Shown piece after piece: positions 37,954-47,389 of a DNA stretch of 64,000 nt. Location of the stretch: positions 12,820-76,819 of the IMG/VR virus record IMGVR_UViG_3300021087_001082. One strand, written 5' to 3'. The translations under genes were made by a program, and so were the position numbers. Position 1 is the first letter of the stretch; each line of letters opens with the position of its first letter. The stretch is from a virus (lineage: Duplodnaviria > Caudoviricetes). Under the pieces are notes generated by a model. It saw only the letters and a list, made by a program, of their open reading frames with translations, was not told the origin of the DNA and made no database searches.

Positions 37954-38699
37954 AAACATATAAAGAATATACAGAATCTCCAGTTAATGAAGTTGATTCA
38001 TCCGGCATAGATATGTATGATAATAAAAGAAAAGAATCAGAGAGGAAGAAGAAGGCTCGGGAAACTCCTTCTTCTCCAGAAACTCAAGCTAAGCTTAAAA
38101 AGGTAAGAGCAGGGGAAACTGTTGATGAATATGTGGGATCAGTAGAGTATAAGAAAAGAATGAAGAAAAAGGGTTATCCCGAACATAAGAAAGACAGGTC
38201 TTCTGGTTATGTTGAAGATATTAAGAAGACTTTCGCTGAAATTACAACTGGTCTTTTAAACCGCGCCGCAGGTGCAGCAAAGAAGGATGCCGCAACACAA
38301 AGAGACGCGCAAGATTGGGCGACGAGAGTGAAAGGTAAAGGACATGCTTTTGGTGCTGCAGAAGCCGGCAAAAAAGCAGCAAAGAGAGAGAAACAAGCTG
38401 GAAAATTCAGTGCTGCCGCCGATGTCAAACAACGGAATACAGCCTTTAAAAAGGAAGGTGTCATGACTGGATATGTTGATGAACTTTCAAAAGGCTTATT
38501 ACAACGCGCGCAACAATCAGCTAAAGCGAAAGCTGGACAACAAAGAGCCGTATCGGCTAAAGCCGCTTCAAGAGTTGGTGACACTAGTCAACCACCAGGA
38601 CAAAATCTTAAATCGAAACGTGCAGATTTCAAAGCAGCAAAAAAAGATTATCAAGCATTTAAATTTAAGAAAGCAGCAGACAAGAAAGAAGAGGAATAA
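37950..38699 (+). CDS. Lys/Ala-rich possible internal head protein with internal repeat
   Basis: MKTYKEY N-terminus; two E(I/L)xxGLLxRA...AAK...KF..AAD units. Confidence 0.6.
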   Translation: MKTYKEYTESPVNEVDSSGIDMYDNKRKESERKKKARETPSSPETQAKLKKVRAGETVDEYVGSVEYKKRMKKKGYPEHKKDRSSGYVEDIKKTFAEITTGLLNRAAGAAKKDAATQRDAQDWATRVKGKGHAFGAAEAGKKAAKREKQAGKFSAAADVKQRNTAFKKEGVMTGYVDELSKGLLQRAQQSAKAKAGQQRAVSAKAASRVGDTSQPPGQNLKSKRADFKAAKKDYQAFKFKKAADKKEEE

Positions 38700-38908
38700 T
38701 GTCTAAAGATAAACATGATTATTTTGGTGAAGGCCCATTTTCAGGACCACAAAGCGATCTAGTCGCTTCGGTTATGAGAATAGCAGAAAAAGCAGAAAAA
38801 GAAAAGCCTGAAGAAGAAGAAGTAAAAGGTTTTGAAAAAATGTCTAACGACAAATTAAATCAGTCTGTTAAAGACGCATATCTCGATAAGGTTCGAGGGG
38901 GAATGTGA
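38699..38908 (+). CDS. hypothetical protein
   Basis: 69 aa coupled ORF. Confidence 0.55.
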   Translation: MSKDKHDYFGEGPFSGPQSDLVASVMRIAEKAEKEKPEEEEVKGFEKMSNDKLNQSVKDAYLDKVRGGM

Positions 38909-40350
38909 TTTCATTTACTCAATTACGGGAAGGGTCGTTAAAAACAGCAGTATTTGCTTTTGGTCGGTTTAATCCTCCCACAATTGGACACGAGATTCTA
39001 GTTAATAAAGTAACTACAGTTGCTAAACGCAATCGTGGTGATGCTTTTATATTTCCTAGTTCCACACAAGATTCTAAAAAGAATCCATTAGATTATAAAG
39101 AAAAGATTAAATGGATGAAAAAAATGTTTAAACCGAAAGGCGAAGACATTTTTAAGTATTCCGAAGATCAACCTAAAGAAGTACTGAAATCTCTTTCATT
39201 ATTACATGATGAAGGATATGAAGAAGTTATTATGGTTGTAGGAAGTGATAGAGTAAATCAATTTAAAAAACTATTGCCTCAATATAATGGTGTTGATGGT
39301 AAAACACATGGTTTTTATGATTTCAAAAAAATAGAAATAGAAAGCGCTGGTGAAAGAGATCCAGATGCAGATGATGCTACAGGAATGTCAGCATCTAAAT
39401 TAAGATCACTTGCTGTTGATGGTGATTTTGATAAGTTTAAAGAAGGGTTACCAGATATCTTATCTGATAAAGATAAACGTTCATTATATCAATCATTACG
39501 AAAAGGTATGAGACTATCCGTTATTGAATCCCAAATGAAAGAAAAATTGGGTCCTGGTGCACCAATTGGAAAAATGAAAAATAGTGTATCGGATCCTAAA
39601 AAGGCAATGGGAAAATTTGTATCTAAAACTGCTCCACCAAGAGCAAACGATGATGCAGGAATAGATGATATAATGCAAAAAGCAGATTCAGGAGTTAAAC
39701 CATCGAGCCCATCTACTAAAATAAAAAATAAGCAGACGCAGTTAAAGCCACCATCGTCTTCATCAGTAGATAAAGAATCATTATGTATGGATAAACTATA
39801 TTATGAAGATGATGTTTATCATTTAGAAACTGAAACGAAAGAATTATTTAAGTATTTGGAACAATTCGCTACAACTAAACCCAAACAAGAATATTATAAA
39901 CGTGCTTTAAAAGAAACAGAAGAATTTTGGAGTAAATATGAAATGGCATTCGGTGGATCTGTTAAAGTGGCACTATGGGAAATATCCCGATTAAGAGAAC
40001 ATACAAAGAAAGCTGCTGATTTTATTACATTGTTAGGTGAAGATGTTGATTATAACGTAGCAAACCTTTCTTATATGAATGAACGAATAGATGAATTGCC
40101 TACAAATAACATAGATATTAATAAACCAGTAAGTTCTAAATTACAAGAAATACTTGGTTTAAAGGAATGGCACAAGGATAGAGCCAAAGAAGGTCAACAG
40201 TTAGAAATCGGAACCGATAAATATAGACAGTACCTTGTAGATTTGACTCCGGGAGAGGAGTTTAAATCAGAACAAAATAAAAAACGCGAACAACAAGCGG
40301 AAAGAGTCAGTAAGATGATTTCCAAAATTATTGCCAACAGGAGCAAATAA
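38905..40350 (+). CDS. cytidylyltransferase-like (HIGH superfamily) protein with C-terminal extension
   Basis: FGRFNPPTIGH, KNPL, VVGSDR and GMSASKLR motifs. Confidence 0.85.
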   Translation: MISFTQLREGSLKTAVFAFGRFNPPTIGHEILVNKVTTVAKRNRGDAFIFPSSTQDSKKNPLDYKEKIKWMKKMFKPKGEDIFKYSEDQPKEVLKSLSLLHDEGYEEVIMVVGSDRVNQFKKLLPQYNGVDGKTHGFYDFKKIEIESAGERDPDADDATGMSASKLRSLAVDGDFDKFKEGLPDILSDKDKRSLYQSLRKGMRLSVIESQMKEKLGPGAPIGKMKNSVSDPKKAMGKFVSKTAPPRANDDAGIDDIMQKADSGVKPSSPSTKIKNKQTQLKPPSSSSVDKESLCMDKLYYEDDVYHLETETKELFKYLEQFATTKPKQEYYKRALKETEEFWSKYEMAFGGSVKVALWEISRLREHTKKAADFITLLGEDVDYNVANLSYMNERIDELPTNNIDINKPVSSKLQEILGLKEWHKDRAKEGQQLEIGTDKYRQYLVDLTPGEEFKSEQNKKREQQAERVSKMISKIIANRSK

Positions 40351-42233
40351 TGGATTGGTCAAAATATTATCCCGCGAATTACTCGGCGATAACAGAAGCA
40401 GACATTGAGATGATAAGGGAGAAACGAAAGTTAGAAACTCCTGTTGAAGACAATACTAATGATGAGCCAGATGACGGCGAAGGAATGGATAAAGTCCAAC
40501 CTAAAGCGCTAAAGAAAAAGTTTGATAAACGTAAAGATAAAGATATCGACAATGATGGCGATACAGATGATTCTGATGAAGTTATTCACGCTAAAAGAAA
40601 AGCTATTGGTAAAAATATTGCTAAGCAAGATGAATCTAAAGGCGAAATGTGTCCGGAAGAGTGTTGTGGTGTACCAGTTAGTGAATGTACATGTCCACCA
40701 GATTGTCCACATTGTGATTGTAATGCTATTAATGAAATGTCTAAGGATGAATATAAAGATGATAATATGAAAAGACAACAGGCGAAGAAGAAAAAGAAAG
40801 ATGAGCCTGAAGAAACAGAATTTTCCAAACAACAGGATACAGTTACAGATATGGAATCAGTCTCTCATGGAAAACCAGGAGTAATTGATATCTATAAAGA
40901 AACATTAGCATTAGCAAAAGTAACAAGAGGTAGAGATAAGTTGTCTCTTGAAGGCGCAGCCAAGTTAATAAAGCAACGTTCTTATGATAAGTTAGCACCT
41001 TACTTAGATAGTATGGAAGAAGAGCCACGACAATCTGTTTTAATGATCTTAATGAATGATCAAAAGATTGCAGATAAAGTCATGAGGAAGATGAAGACAG
41101 AAAAGTATCATGGTTGGTTGATGTCTGAAATGCATCAGAAGTATGATGGCCTTACATGGGCAGAGATTGGGGAACGTTTAATTAGAACACCAGAACGTAG
41201 ATTAGTTTCTCTTGCATATGCTACTAAGATGGGAACAATTGATGCACCTTCACCTGAAGTCCAAAAATTAGCAGATGATTGTTCGTTGGAAGATTTAGAA
41301 AAAGCAGCCGGGGAAATTATCGGTGAAGATGATGAACTAGAAGAGGCAAAATCAGATGCGGAAAAGATTGCTGATAAACAAGCTAGCAATAATAAGATAA
41401 AACAAAAGTCATCTAATCAGGACAATCAGGCAGACGCAAAAAAAGCAGATAAAGCTCGTGAAACACAAGCTAATACAAATGATAAAGAACAGGAAAAACG
41501 ACAGGCTCAATCAGATAAAGAAAGAGCAGCAAAGAAAAAACAACAAGCTGCTGCCCGTGCTAGAGAAACTGATGATCCTACAGTCAAGAGAGACGGCGGT
41601 CCAACTACAATGCGTTCAAAAATTGCAAATATAGCATTTTCTGCAATGGAAGACGCCGAAGATGTTCCTGAAACTATTGATGCAAGACGTAGAGTATTTA
41701 AAGAAAAAATTAGAAAGCTTGCTTATGAGAAGGCCAAAGAATTAATTGCAAAGCAACAATCAGTGCCTGATCCAACTTATGATGAAGCTAAAAAAGAAGA
41801 AGAAGAGGATTCTGAAGAAATCGGATCCAAAGTTAAAGAGACTGGTAAGGTCGATAACAAAATAAAGATGGAGCCAACAGTGAAAGAAAGTACAGGTGTT
41901 TCCTTTGTGCGGAAGTATAAGAATAAAATGTCAGCGGAACAGCGAGATGCAACTCTCGAAAATAATATACTTGAATATCTAGCAGGTGGTAGTTCTTTTG
42001 GTCGTGTAAAAAGGGCAGTACCTGTTGGTGCCGAATTTGCTTCTGATGATTCGCCAGCTTCAGCTACTTCAATTGCTCGTGCATTGAAGTGTAGTCCAAT
42101 GCAAGTACAAAAGTTATTGGATGATATGTTAGAAGCAGGACAGATATCACGTGTAGGCGATGCATATTCATATGCTTCCCCTAGACCAGCTGATCCACAG
42201 GGTGAAAAAGAAGAGTCCGGACTAGAAGTATAA
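40350..42233 (+). CDS. large charged mosaic protein (probably virion-internal)
   Basis: DxDxDG motif, Cys-rich block, coiled regions and a C-terminal HTH-like segment. Confidence 0.55.
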   Translation: MDWSKYYPANYSAITEADIEMIREKRKLETPVEDNTNDEPDDGEGMDKVQPKALKKKFDKRKDKDIDNDGDTDDSDEVIHAKRKAIGKNIAKQDESKGEMCPEECCGVPVSECTCPPDCPHCDCNAINEMSKDEYKDDNMKRQQAKKKKKDEPEETEFSKQQDTVTDMESVSHGKPGVIDIYKETLALAKVTRGRDKLSLEGAAKLIKQRSYDKLAPYLDSMEEEPRQSVLMILMNDQKIADKVMRKMKTEKYHGWLMSEMHQKYDGLTWAEIGERLIRTPERRLVSLAYATKMGTIDAPSPEVQKLADDCSLEDLEKAAGEIIGEDDELEEAKSDAEKIADKQASNNKIKQKSSNQDNQADAKKADKARETQANTNDKEQEKRQAQSDKERAAKKKQQAAARARETDDPTVKRDGGPTTMRSKIANIAFSAMEDAEDVPETIDARRRVFKEKIRKLAYEKAKELIAKQQSVPDPTYDEAKKEEEEDSEEIGSKVKETGKVDNKIKMEPTVKESTGVSFVRKYKNKMSAEQRDATLENNILEYLAGGSSFGRVKRAVPVGAEFASDDSPASATSIARALKCSPMQVQKLLDDMLEAGQISRVGDAYSYASPRPADPQGEKEESGLEV

Positions 42234-42242
42234 ACAAACAAT

Positions 42243-42986
42243 ATGAATGTAGTGATTGGAAACGGTGAAAGTCGTAAGGCTTTTAATCTTAATTTATTAT
42301 TGGATCATACAACATATGGATGTAATGCGATGTATAGGGATTGGAACCCTACACATCTTATATGTATAGACAATAAGATGCTGCATGAAATAGTAACATC
42401 ACAGTATCCAAAGTTACATCATTGTTGGTTTAGAAATTTTCAGTTACTGGATCCTGATATGTATCCAGTTTTCAGGTCAACAGTTACGCCTGATATTGAA
42501 GTAATAGAGAATAAGAATACAGGATATAAATTCGCCTATTACGGACAAGAAATAAGTAGAGTTTATCATGATGATACTCATACAATGGATCTGCTAGATA
42601 AACCGGTTCATTATTTTACATGGGTATCAGAACAAGATAAAATAGATGTGGTGGACGATTTAAAACATATACCAATGTTAGATTCAGGACCACTCGCAAC
42701 TTGGATATGTTGTGAACAAGAAAAACCGGAAACGGTTTATTTAATGGGTTTTGATTTTAACATAAATGATGGAAAAGTAAACAATATATATAAAGACACA
42801 GATTGTTATGCTCCTAATTATGCATTGCCAGTGAAAGCGGCAGGGTGGATTCAGAATTTTGAAGTTATGTTTACTGAACATTTTCCTGAAGTCAATTTTG
42901 TACATATTCAGGAAGAAGAGTGCTTTAATAAAGAAATTCCAAACATAGATACAATATCTATGGATGAGTTTAAAGAGTTGTTATAA
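42243..42986 (+). CDS. conserved phage protein with Rossmann-like VIGNGESR motif
   Basis: VIGNGESR, YGCNA.YRD, DSG, YLMGFD and NNIYKDT motifs. Confidence 0.6.
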   Translation: MNVVIGNGESRKAFNLNLLLDHTTYGCNAMYRDWNPTHLICIDNKMLHEIVTSQYPKLHHCWFRNFQLLDPDMYPVFRSTVTPDIEVIENKNTGYKFAYYGQEISRVYHDDTHTMDLLDKPVHYFTWVSEQDKIDVVDDLKHIPMLDSGPLATWICCEQEKPETVYLMGFDFNINDGKVNNIYKDTDCYAPNYALPVKAAGWIQNFEVMFTEHFPEVNFVHIQEEECFNKEIPNIDTISMDEFKELL

Positions 42987-42989
42987 ATA
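42982..42989 (+). promoter_or_regulatory. T4-type late promoter TATAAATA
   Basis: Exact consensus upstream of structural-like genes. Confidence 0.8.
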
Positions 42990-43013
42990 TTTAAAAATTA
43001 ATAGGAGAAATTC

Positions 43014-43583
43014 ATGCCTCTATGGGGAAAAGCCGCTGCTGGTACTCAGGCACAAAAACCAAAATGGGTTGGTACCACAGAAGGTGCACAATACAATAAA
43101 CAAGATATCTATGGCGCTAACAATGGCTGGGTTATTAATACTAAAGCCAGTAAAAATGCTTCAGCTGCCCCAGAGATTCTAGTTGCAATGGGCGAACTTG
43201 GTACCGCTCTTGCCGCACCAACTGTTACATCAATGAGATTTACTGCATCAGCAATCACAGGTGGATCAAGAACAATTGCTGTTCAGGTCACTTGGGATGA
43301 AAGAGTTACAGTTACTGGAACACCACAAGTTGCTATTGCAAACGGTAACCAAGGAACTGGATCTGGTCGAGGACCACATACAGCTTCATACGCTTCAGGT
43401 TCTGGAACAAACAGACTCACTTTCAGCGTAGCAAGTCAAACAGTTGCAACAGATGACGTTCTTACATTGGGTGGATCTAATGTGGCACTAAATAGTGGTA
43501 CAATTAAAGATACAACTGATGGATCAACTGTAGCATTGTTAGTTCTTTCAGGATTAACTGCGGTAACATTGACAGTAACTTAA
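43014..43583 (+). CDS. putative virion structural protein with Ig-like domain
   Basis: MPLWG N-terminus, EILVA, Thr/Gly-rich beta domain (YASGSGTNRLTF); late promoter upstream. Confidence 0.65.
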   Translation: MPLWGKAAAGTQAQKPKWVGTTEGAQYNKQDIYGANNGWVINTKASKNASAAPEILVAMGELGTALAAPTVTSMRFTASAITGGSRTIAVQVTWDERVTVTGTPQVAIANGNQGTGSGRGPHTASYASGSGTNRLTFSVASQTVATDDVLTLGGSNVALNSGTIKDTTDGSTVALLVLSGLTAVTLTVT

Positions 43584-43598
43584 TAGTTAACTGATATT

Positions 43599-43823
43599 AT
43601 GGAATATGTGGAAAATATAAATGTTGCTATAGTATTACAGCAACTACAGTCATACAAAGCTGAGAAAGAAAAACTTACCCAAAAACTTTCTCAGCTTAAT
43701 GACGAAGCAGAAAAAAGTAAACGTGGTATACATAGTTATGACGGCGCTATACAAGCCCTTGATGCATTACTACAAACAGCTGAATCTAAAGAGATTGATG
43801 TTCCTGAATTGGAAGAAAATTAA
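43599..43823 (+). CDS. small coiled-coil protein
   Basis: Heptad pattern, GAIQ motif. Confidence 0.6.
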   Translation: MEYVENINVAIVLQQLQSYKAEKEKLTQKLSQLNDEAEKSKRGIHSYDGAIQALDALLQTAESKEIDVPELEEN

Positions 43824-44665
43824 TGGCAGATAAAACGATACCCGCTTTAAATACACATGATAGTCCTACAGCGGAAGACTTATTAATTATAGTTGATGAT
43901 CCTTCGGGTAATCCTGTAAATAAGAAAATACGTGTAGACACATTACTATCAGCACTTTCTACAGATACAACAACTAGAAGTGTAGCAAATAAGGTTCAAT
44001 CTAGAGCTGATACTAATATTGCAAGAGATTTAAATTTACGAAATTCTAAAACTGTTTTACAGCCAGAAGTATTGAAAGGTGAACAGGATGATATGACTGT
44101 CATTTTGGGGACCTTAGATATGGCAGAAAATTCTGTATGGCATGTAGAGATTGATGGAACATCTTCTTCAGCAAATGATACATTTAAATGGTGGAGAGAT
44201 GGAAATACTCAGACCGGTGCAGCAACTGTCACTATTGACGGAACTACGCAAGCATTAGCAAATGGTGTAAGTATTAAATTTGATGGTGTTACAGGACACA
44301 AAGTTACAGATAAATGGCAAATTGTCGGTTTAATAGAATCCAGAATTGATTTTCAGGGAAGTATTTTAGTTGAAGATAGTGTTCCGGAAAATGGTTCTTT
44401 TACCAGTACCTTTTCAGAAACTGGTAATTTGCAATTAGAATCTGGAATAGATATGGCGTTTGAAGATGGTACAGAAAAAGATATGTACATATCTGCAAAT
44501 ACCACAGTAATAAGATTTGTGGGTGGTCTACAATTAGGTGAATCCGCGGATCCAGTTGGATTTTTTGGTACTACACCAGTATCAGCCAATGCAACATTTG
44601 TCGCAGGTGCTAGCACCGCGGCACATATTATAGCCGAATTAGAAAGATTAGGTTTAGTATCATAA
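43823..44665 (+). CDS. putative virion fibre/decoration protein
   Basis: MADK.I.AL...EDLL.I.DDPSG.PVNKK N-terminal domain; beta-rich body. Confidence 0.55.
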   Translation: MADKTIPALNTHDSPTAEDLLIIVDDPSGNPVNKKIRVDTLLSALSTDTTTRSVANKVQSRADTNIARDLNLRNSKTVLQPEVLKGEQDDMTVILGTLDMAENSVWHVEIDGTSSSANDTFKWWRDGNTQTGAATVTIDGTTQALANGVSIKFDGVTGHKVTDKWQIVGLIESRIDFQGSILVEDSVPENGSFTSTFSETGNLQLESGIDMAFEDGTEKDMYISANTTVIRFVGGLQLGESADPVGFFGTTPVSANATFVAGASTAAHIIAELERLGLVS

Positions 44666-44768
44666 ATAGTTTTTGGATGTCTGAGGAAGACCCTTCGCAA
44701 GAGTGAGCGATTCTCAGCATGATTTTAACTGGTGATGAGTCCCATCACGACGCCAGCAAGGAGATAAG

Positions 44769-45494
44769 ATGGCTGATAAGAAAATAACGGCTTTAACTGC
44801 TGCATCAGAAGCAGCAAGTGAAGACCTTTTACATATAATTGATGATCCTTCAGGATCTCCAGTTAACAAAAAGTTAACTGTTAAATCATTTGTAGGTAAT
44901 GTAACACATACAATTACCGGAACCGCACAAGCAACAACAGAGGTAATTCATAAAACTCTACACACCGCTAATTTAGCCCCATCGACTGCAAATGTTTTTG
45001 ATAGTATTGTAACATCAGATGTTACAGTTGATGTTAAAGCAACAGGCTTAAATCAAGGTAATGTTGCTGTATTAACAGCTTCTTCAGGAACAGCAAAAAT
45101 CCATGATGGAAACGTTGCTTTTACTTCAGAAGTGTCAGCTGTTAAAGGTGTTCTAGATCTTAATACATTTGACAGTACAGATTCGTCTGCAGGTAAGTCA
45201 TATTGTATTATCGCATCACACGCAAATAGTGCCGCCGCGCCTAGTGCTTCACCAACTGCTTTTCTTAAGTTTGATGTTGCAAGTTCATTGACGGGTGCTT
45301 CACAAAATGTATCATATGCTATTGACGCTACACCAACAGGTGGATATGGTGCCGCAGCCGGTGCAAACGTTGGGCCATTTTTGACAACCGGAGCAAATAC
45401 TTCTGGATCATATACGGGACCTGCTAACGGTGCAATTAAATGTAATGTATCTGGTATTACAAAATATGTCCTTCTTTGGGATGGAATTGCTTAA
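44769..45494 (+). CDS. putative virion fibre/decoration protein, paralogous N-terminus
   Basis: Same N-terminal domain as 43823; Ala/Thr/Ser/Gly-rich. Confidence 0.55.
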   Translation: MADKKITALTAASEAASEDLLHIIDDPSGSPVNKKLTVKSFVGNVTHTITGTAQATTEVIHKTLHTANLAPSTANVFDSIVTSDVTVDVKATGLNQGNVAVLTASSGTAKIHDGNVAFTSEVSAVKGVLDLNTFDSTDSSAGKSYCIIASHANSAAAPSASPTAFLKFDVASSLTGASQNVSYAIDATPTGGYGAAAGANVGPFLTTGANTSGSYTGPANGAIKCNVSGITKYVLLWDGIA

Positions 45495-45514
45495 TATATA
45501 ATTAATGGATTATT

Positions 45515-45775
45515 ATGATTAAACGTGAAGATATTGAAAAGCAAATTGAGTTTTTACAAAAAGATGTTGTAAATGTAAGGACTAGGTTAGACGCAGTGAG
45601 GGGAGAAGAAGAACAACTTGTCTCCACACTGTCTTCCCTTCAAGGTGCCATACAGGTTAGTCAACATTATTTGAGTATATGTGATAAATCAGAGGATTCT
45701 GATGATGCTCCAGGAGATGAACCATCTGAAGAGCCCGTGAAAGAAGAAGAAAAGATCGAGCCGAATGAATTTTGA
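45515..45775 (+). CDS. small coiled-coil protein
   Basis: Heptad pattern, GAIQ motif, acidic tail. Confidence 0.6.
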   Translation: MIKREDIEKQIEFLQKDVVNVRTRLDAVRGEEEQLVSTLSSLQGAIQVSQHYLSICDKSEDSDDAPGDEPSEEPVKEEEKIEPNEF

Positions 45776-46157
45776 TGATATTACTGAAAATAATATCGAA
45801 CTTTTCTGCATGCACAAATACAATAATCCTCAATGTATAAGTACAGAGGATTATAGTGATGATATGAAAAGATTTAAGTATTTAAAAAGACACTTAAATC
45901 ATTATCTTGCATCAGGTGAATTGAAAGAAAGGTTGATTCTTAACCATTTGATTATGATATATAATCTATTTGATAATGAATCCGGTACGCGAATATTATT
46001 TTATAAAATTGAAGACAACAGTTGGGCAGTATTAAAACCCTTTTTAATTTATTTAAGAAGAATGCCCAAAATAGTTCGTGGCGTAAAAGGTATGGATATC
46101 CGAGACGGTGATATTCAATTAGATCAACATGTAGTAAAGCAGCTAAGATGCCTATAG
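45765..46157 (+). CDS. conserved T4-like hypothetical protein
   Basis: YNNPQC...D.KRFKYLKR...LKERLILNH. Confidence 0.7.
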   Translation: MNFDDITENNIELFCMHKYNNPQCISTEDYSDDMKRFKYLKRHLNHYLASGELKERLILNHLIMIYNLFDNESGTRILFYKIEDNSWAVLKPFLIYLRRMPKIVRGVKGMDIRDGDIQLDQHVVKQLRCL

Positions 46158-46936
46158 GATTAAGATCAGCATTAACACAGGGTTCAGATTTATTCTTCCT
46201 ATTTTCCTTTTTAAAGCGCCTGGTAACTCCCTTCGAAAAAACTAAAGCATATGCATTAGGCATTGTTGATAAGAATGGTAAAAATCTTATTAAGAAAAGA
46301 AATTTTACCACTCAAGATCAACGCGATGCTTATACAATGATGGATACGCTTATTTTCAATTTGAAAAGACTTTTAGGAAAAGTGCCTGGTGGTAAGTCAA
46401 GAATTGCGACTTATGCTGCGGCCTTGTTATTGCTTAGAGAAGAGAAGCAACTAAAGTTATTACAAGATGAAAAGTTTTTAGAAGAAGAATTTTCCATTAT
46501 TTACGAAGATATGTGTTGTGAATGGCAATTAGATATGAATGATCCTGATCAAACGTTTTTGAAAGAAGAAGCGGTTGATGAGAACCTTGTGACTAAATTC
46601 AAAGATGTTCATAGAAATATGAATAGTAAAAAAGCACAGCATGCAATAGCAACTGCACAGGCAATGGGATTAGATCCTCTTAAAATTCAAATGTATTTGG
46701 CGGCAATTTTACCTGTAATGACAACTTTAGGATCAAATTATGAACCTGAAGATGAAGTTATAGAAGATGCGCCTACAATGTCAATGGGCGCAGGTGGAAT
46801 TGCAGGTAGTGCTGAAGCAGGTGATGATCCACCTATTAGAAAGAAAAAGAAAAAAGGTGATGCTATGCCAATCCTAGCTAGGAAAGGGATTAAAGAGCAT
46901 CTAAGAATTTTCCCATCACAAAATGTAACAATTTAG
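46148..46936 (+). CDS. conserved T4-like hypothetical protein
   Basis: LVTPFEKTKAY.LGIVD..G, FNLKRLL and YAAAL.LL motifs. Confidence 0.7.
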   Translation: MPIGLRSALTQGSDLFFLFSFLKRLVTPFEKTKAYALGIVDKNGKNLIKKRNFTTQDQRDAYTMMDTLIFNLKRLLGKVPGGKSRIATYAAALLLLREEKQLKLLQDEKFLEEEFSIIYEDMCCEWQLDMNDPDQTFLKEEAVDENLVTKFKDVHRNMNSKKAQHAIATAQAMGLDPLKIQMYLAAILPVMTTLGSNYEPEDEVIEDAPTMSMGAGGIAGSAEAGDDPPIRKKKKKGDAMPILARKGIKEHLRIFPSQNVTI

Positions 46937-46946
46937 AAAGGTAATT

Positions 46947-47276
46947 ATGGCAGGAATACAAGAGACAAAAGACGTTTTAGCTTTTGTGTTTTCACTTGGA
47001 AAAGCAACGGCTTCGGCATTGGAAGACGGCGATATTGGTTGGTCAGATGCAATGGACTTTATTGAACCTTTAAAAAAGTTGGGGCCAGCTATCGACAATA
47101 TTGAAGACGTTTTAGTTGAACTACAAGACCTAGACGATGCTGAATTCGCAGAATTGGTACAATATGCCAAGGATGAATTTGGATTAGCTGACTTAGCTGA
47201 AGATACCGAAGTAATGGTAGAAGAGGCGATCAATGCAGGGGTTGAAATCGTTAAGATTGTAAGAATGTTTAGCTGA
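46947..47276 (+). CDS. hypothetical acidic protein
   Basis: 109 aa, AAGG RBS, followed by a terminator. Confidence 0.6.
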   Translation: MAGIQETKDVLAFVFSLGKATASALEDGDIGWSDAMDFIEPLKKLGPAIDNIEDVLVELQDLDDAEFAELVQYAKDEFGLADLAEDTEVMVEEAINAGVEIVKIVRMFS

Positions 47277-47290
47277 AGTACATCCTCGGC

Positions 47291-47321
47291 AAAAAAGGGA
47301 ATCAATTGATTCCCTTTTTTT
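47291..47321 (+). terminator. bidirectional rho-independent terminator
   Basis: AAAAAAGGGAATCAATTGATTCCCTTTTTTT palindrome. Confidence 0.88.
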
Positions 47322-47325
47322 ATCC

Positions 47326-47354
47326 TTGAAATTTATTATTTATTATGTTATAAT
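47326..47354 (+). promoter_or_regulatory. sigma70-type promoter
   Basis: TTGAAA-N17-TATAAT with extended TG. Confidence 0.75.
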
Positions 47355-47389
47355 ATAATTATTATATTAAACCCCCATAATTGAGAGAT

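Noticed and set aside
44681-44760. Hammerhead ribozyme or fluoride riboswitch
   Set aside because: CTGAGGA and TGATGAGTC resemble the cores, but the GAAA strand and the remaining conserved elements are missing
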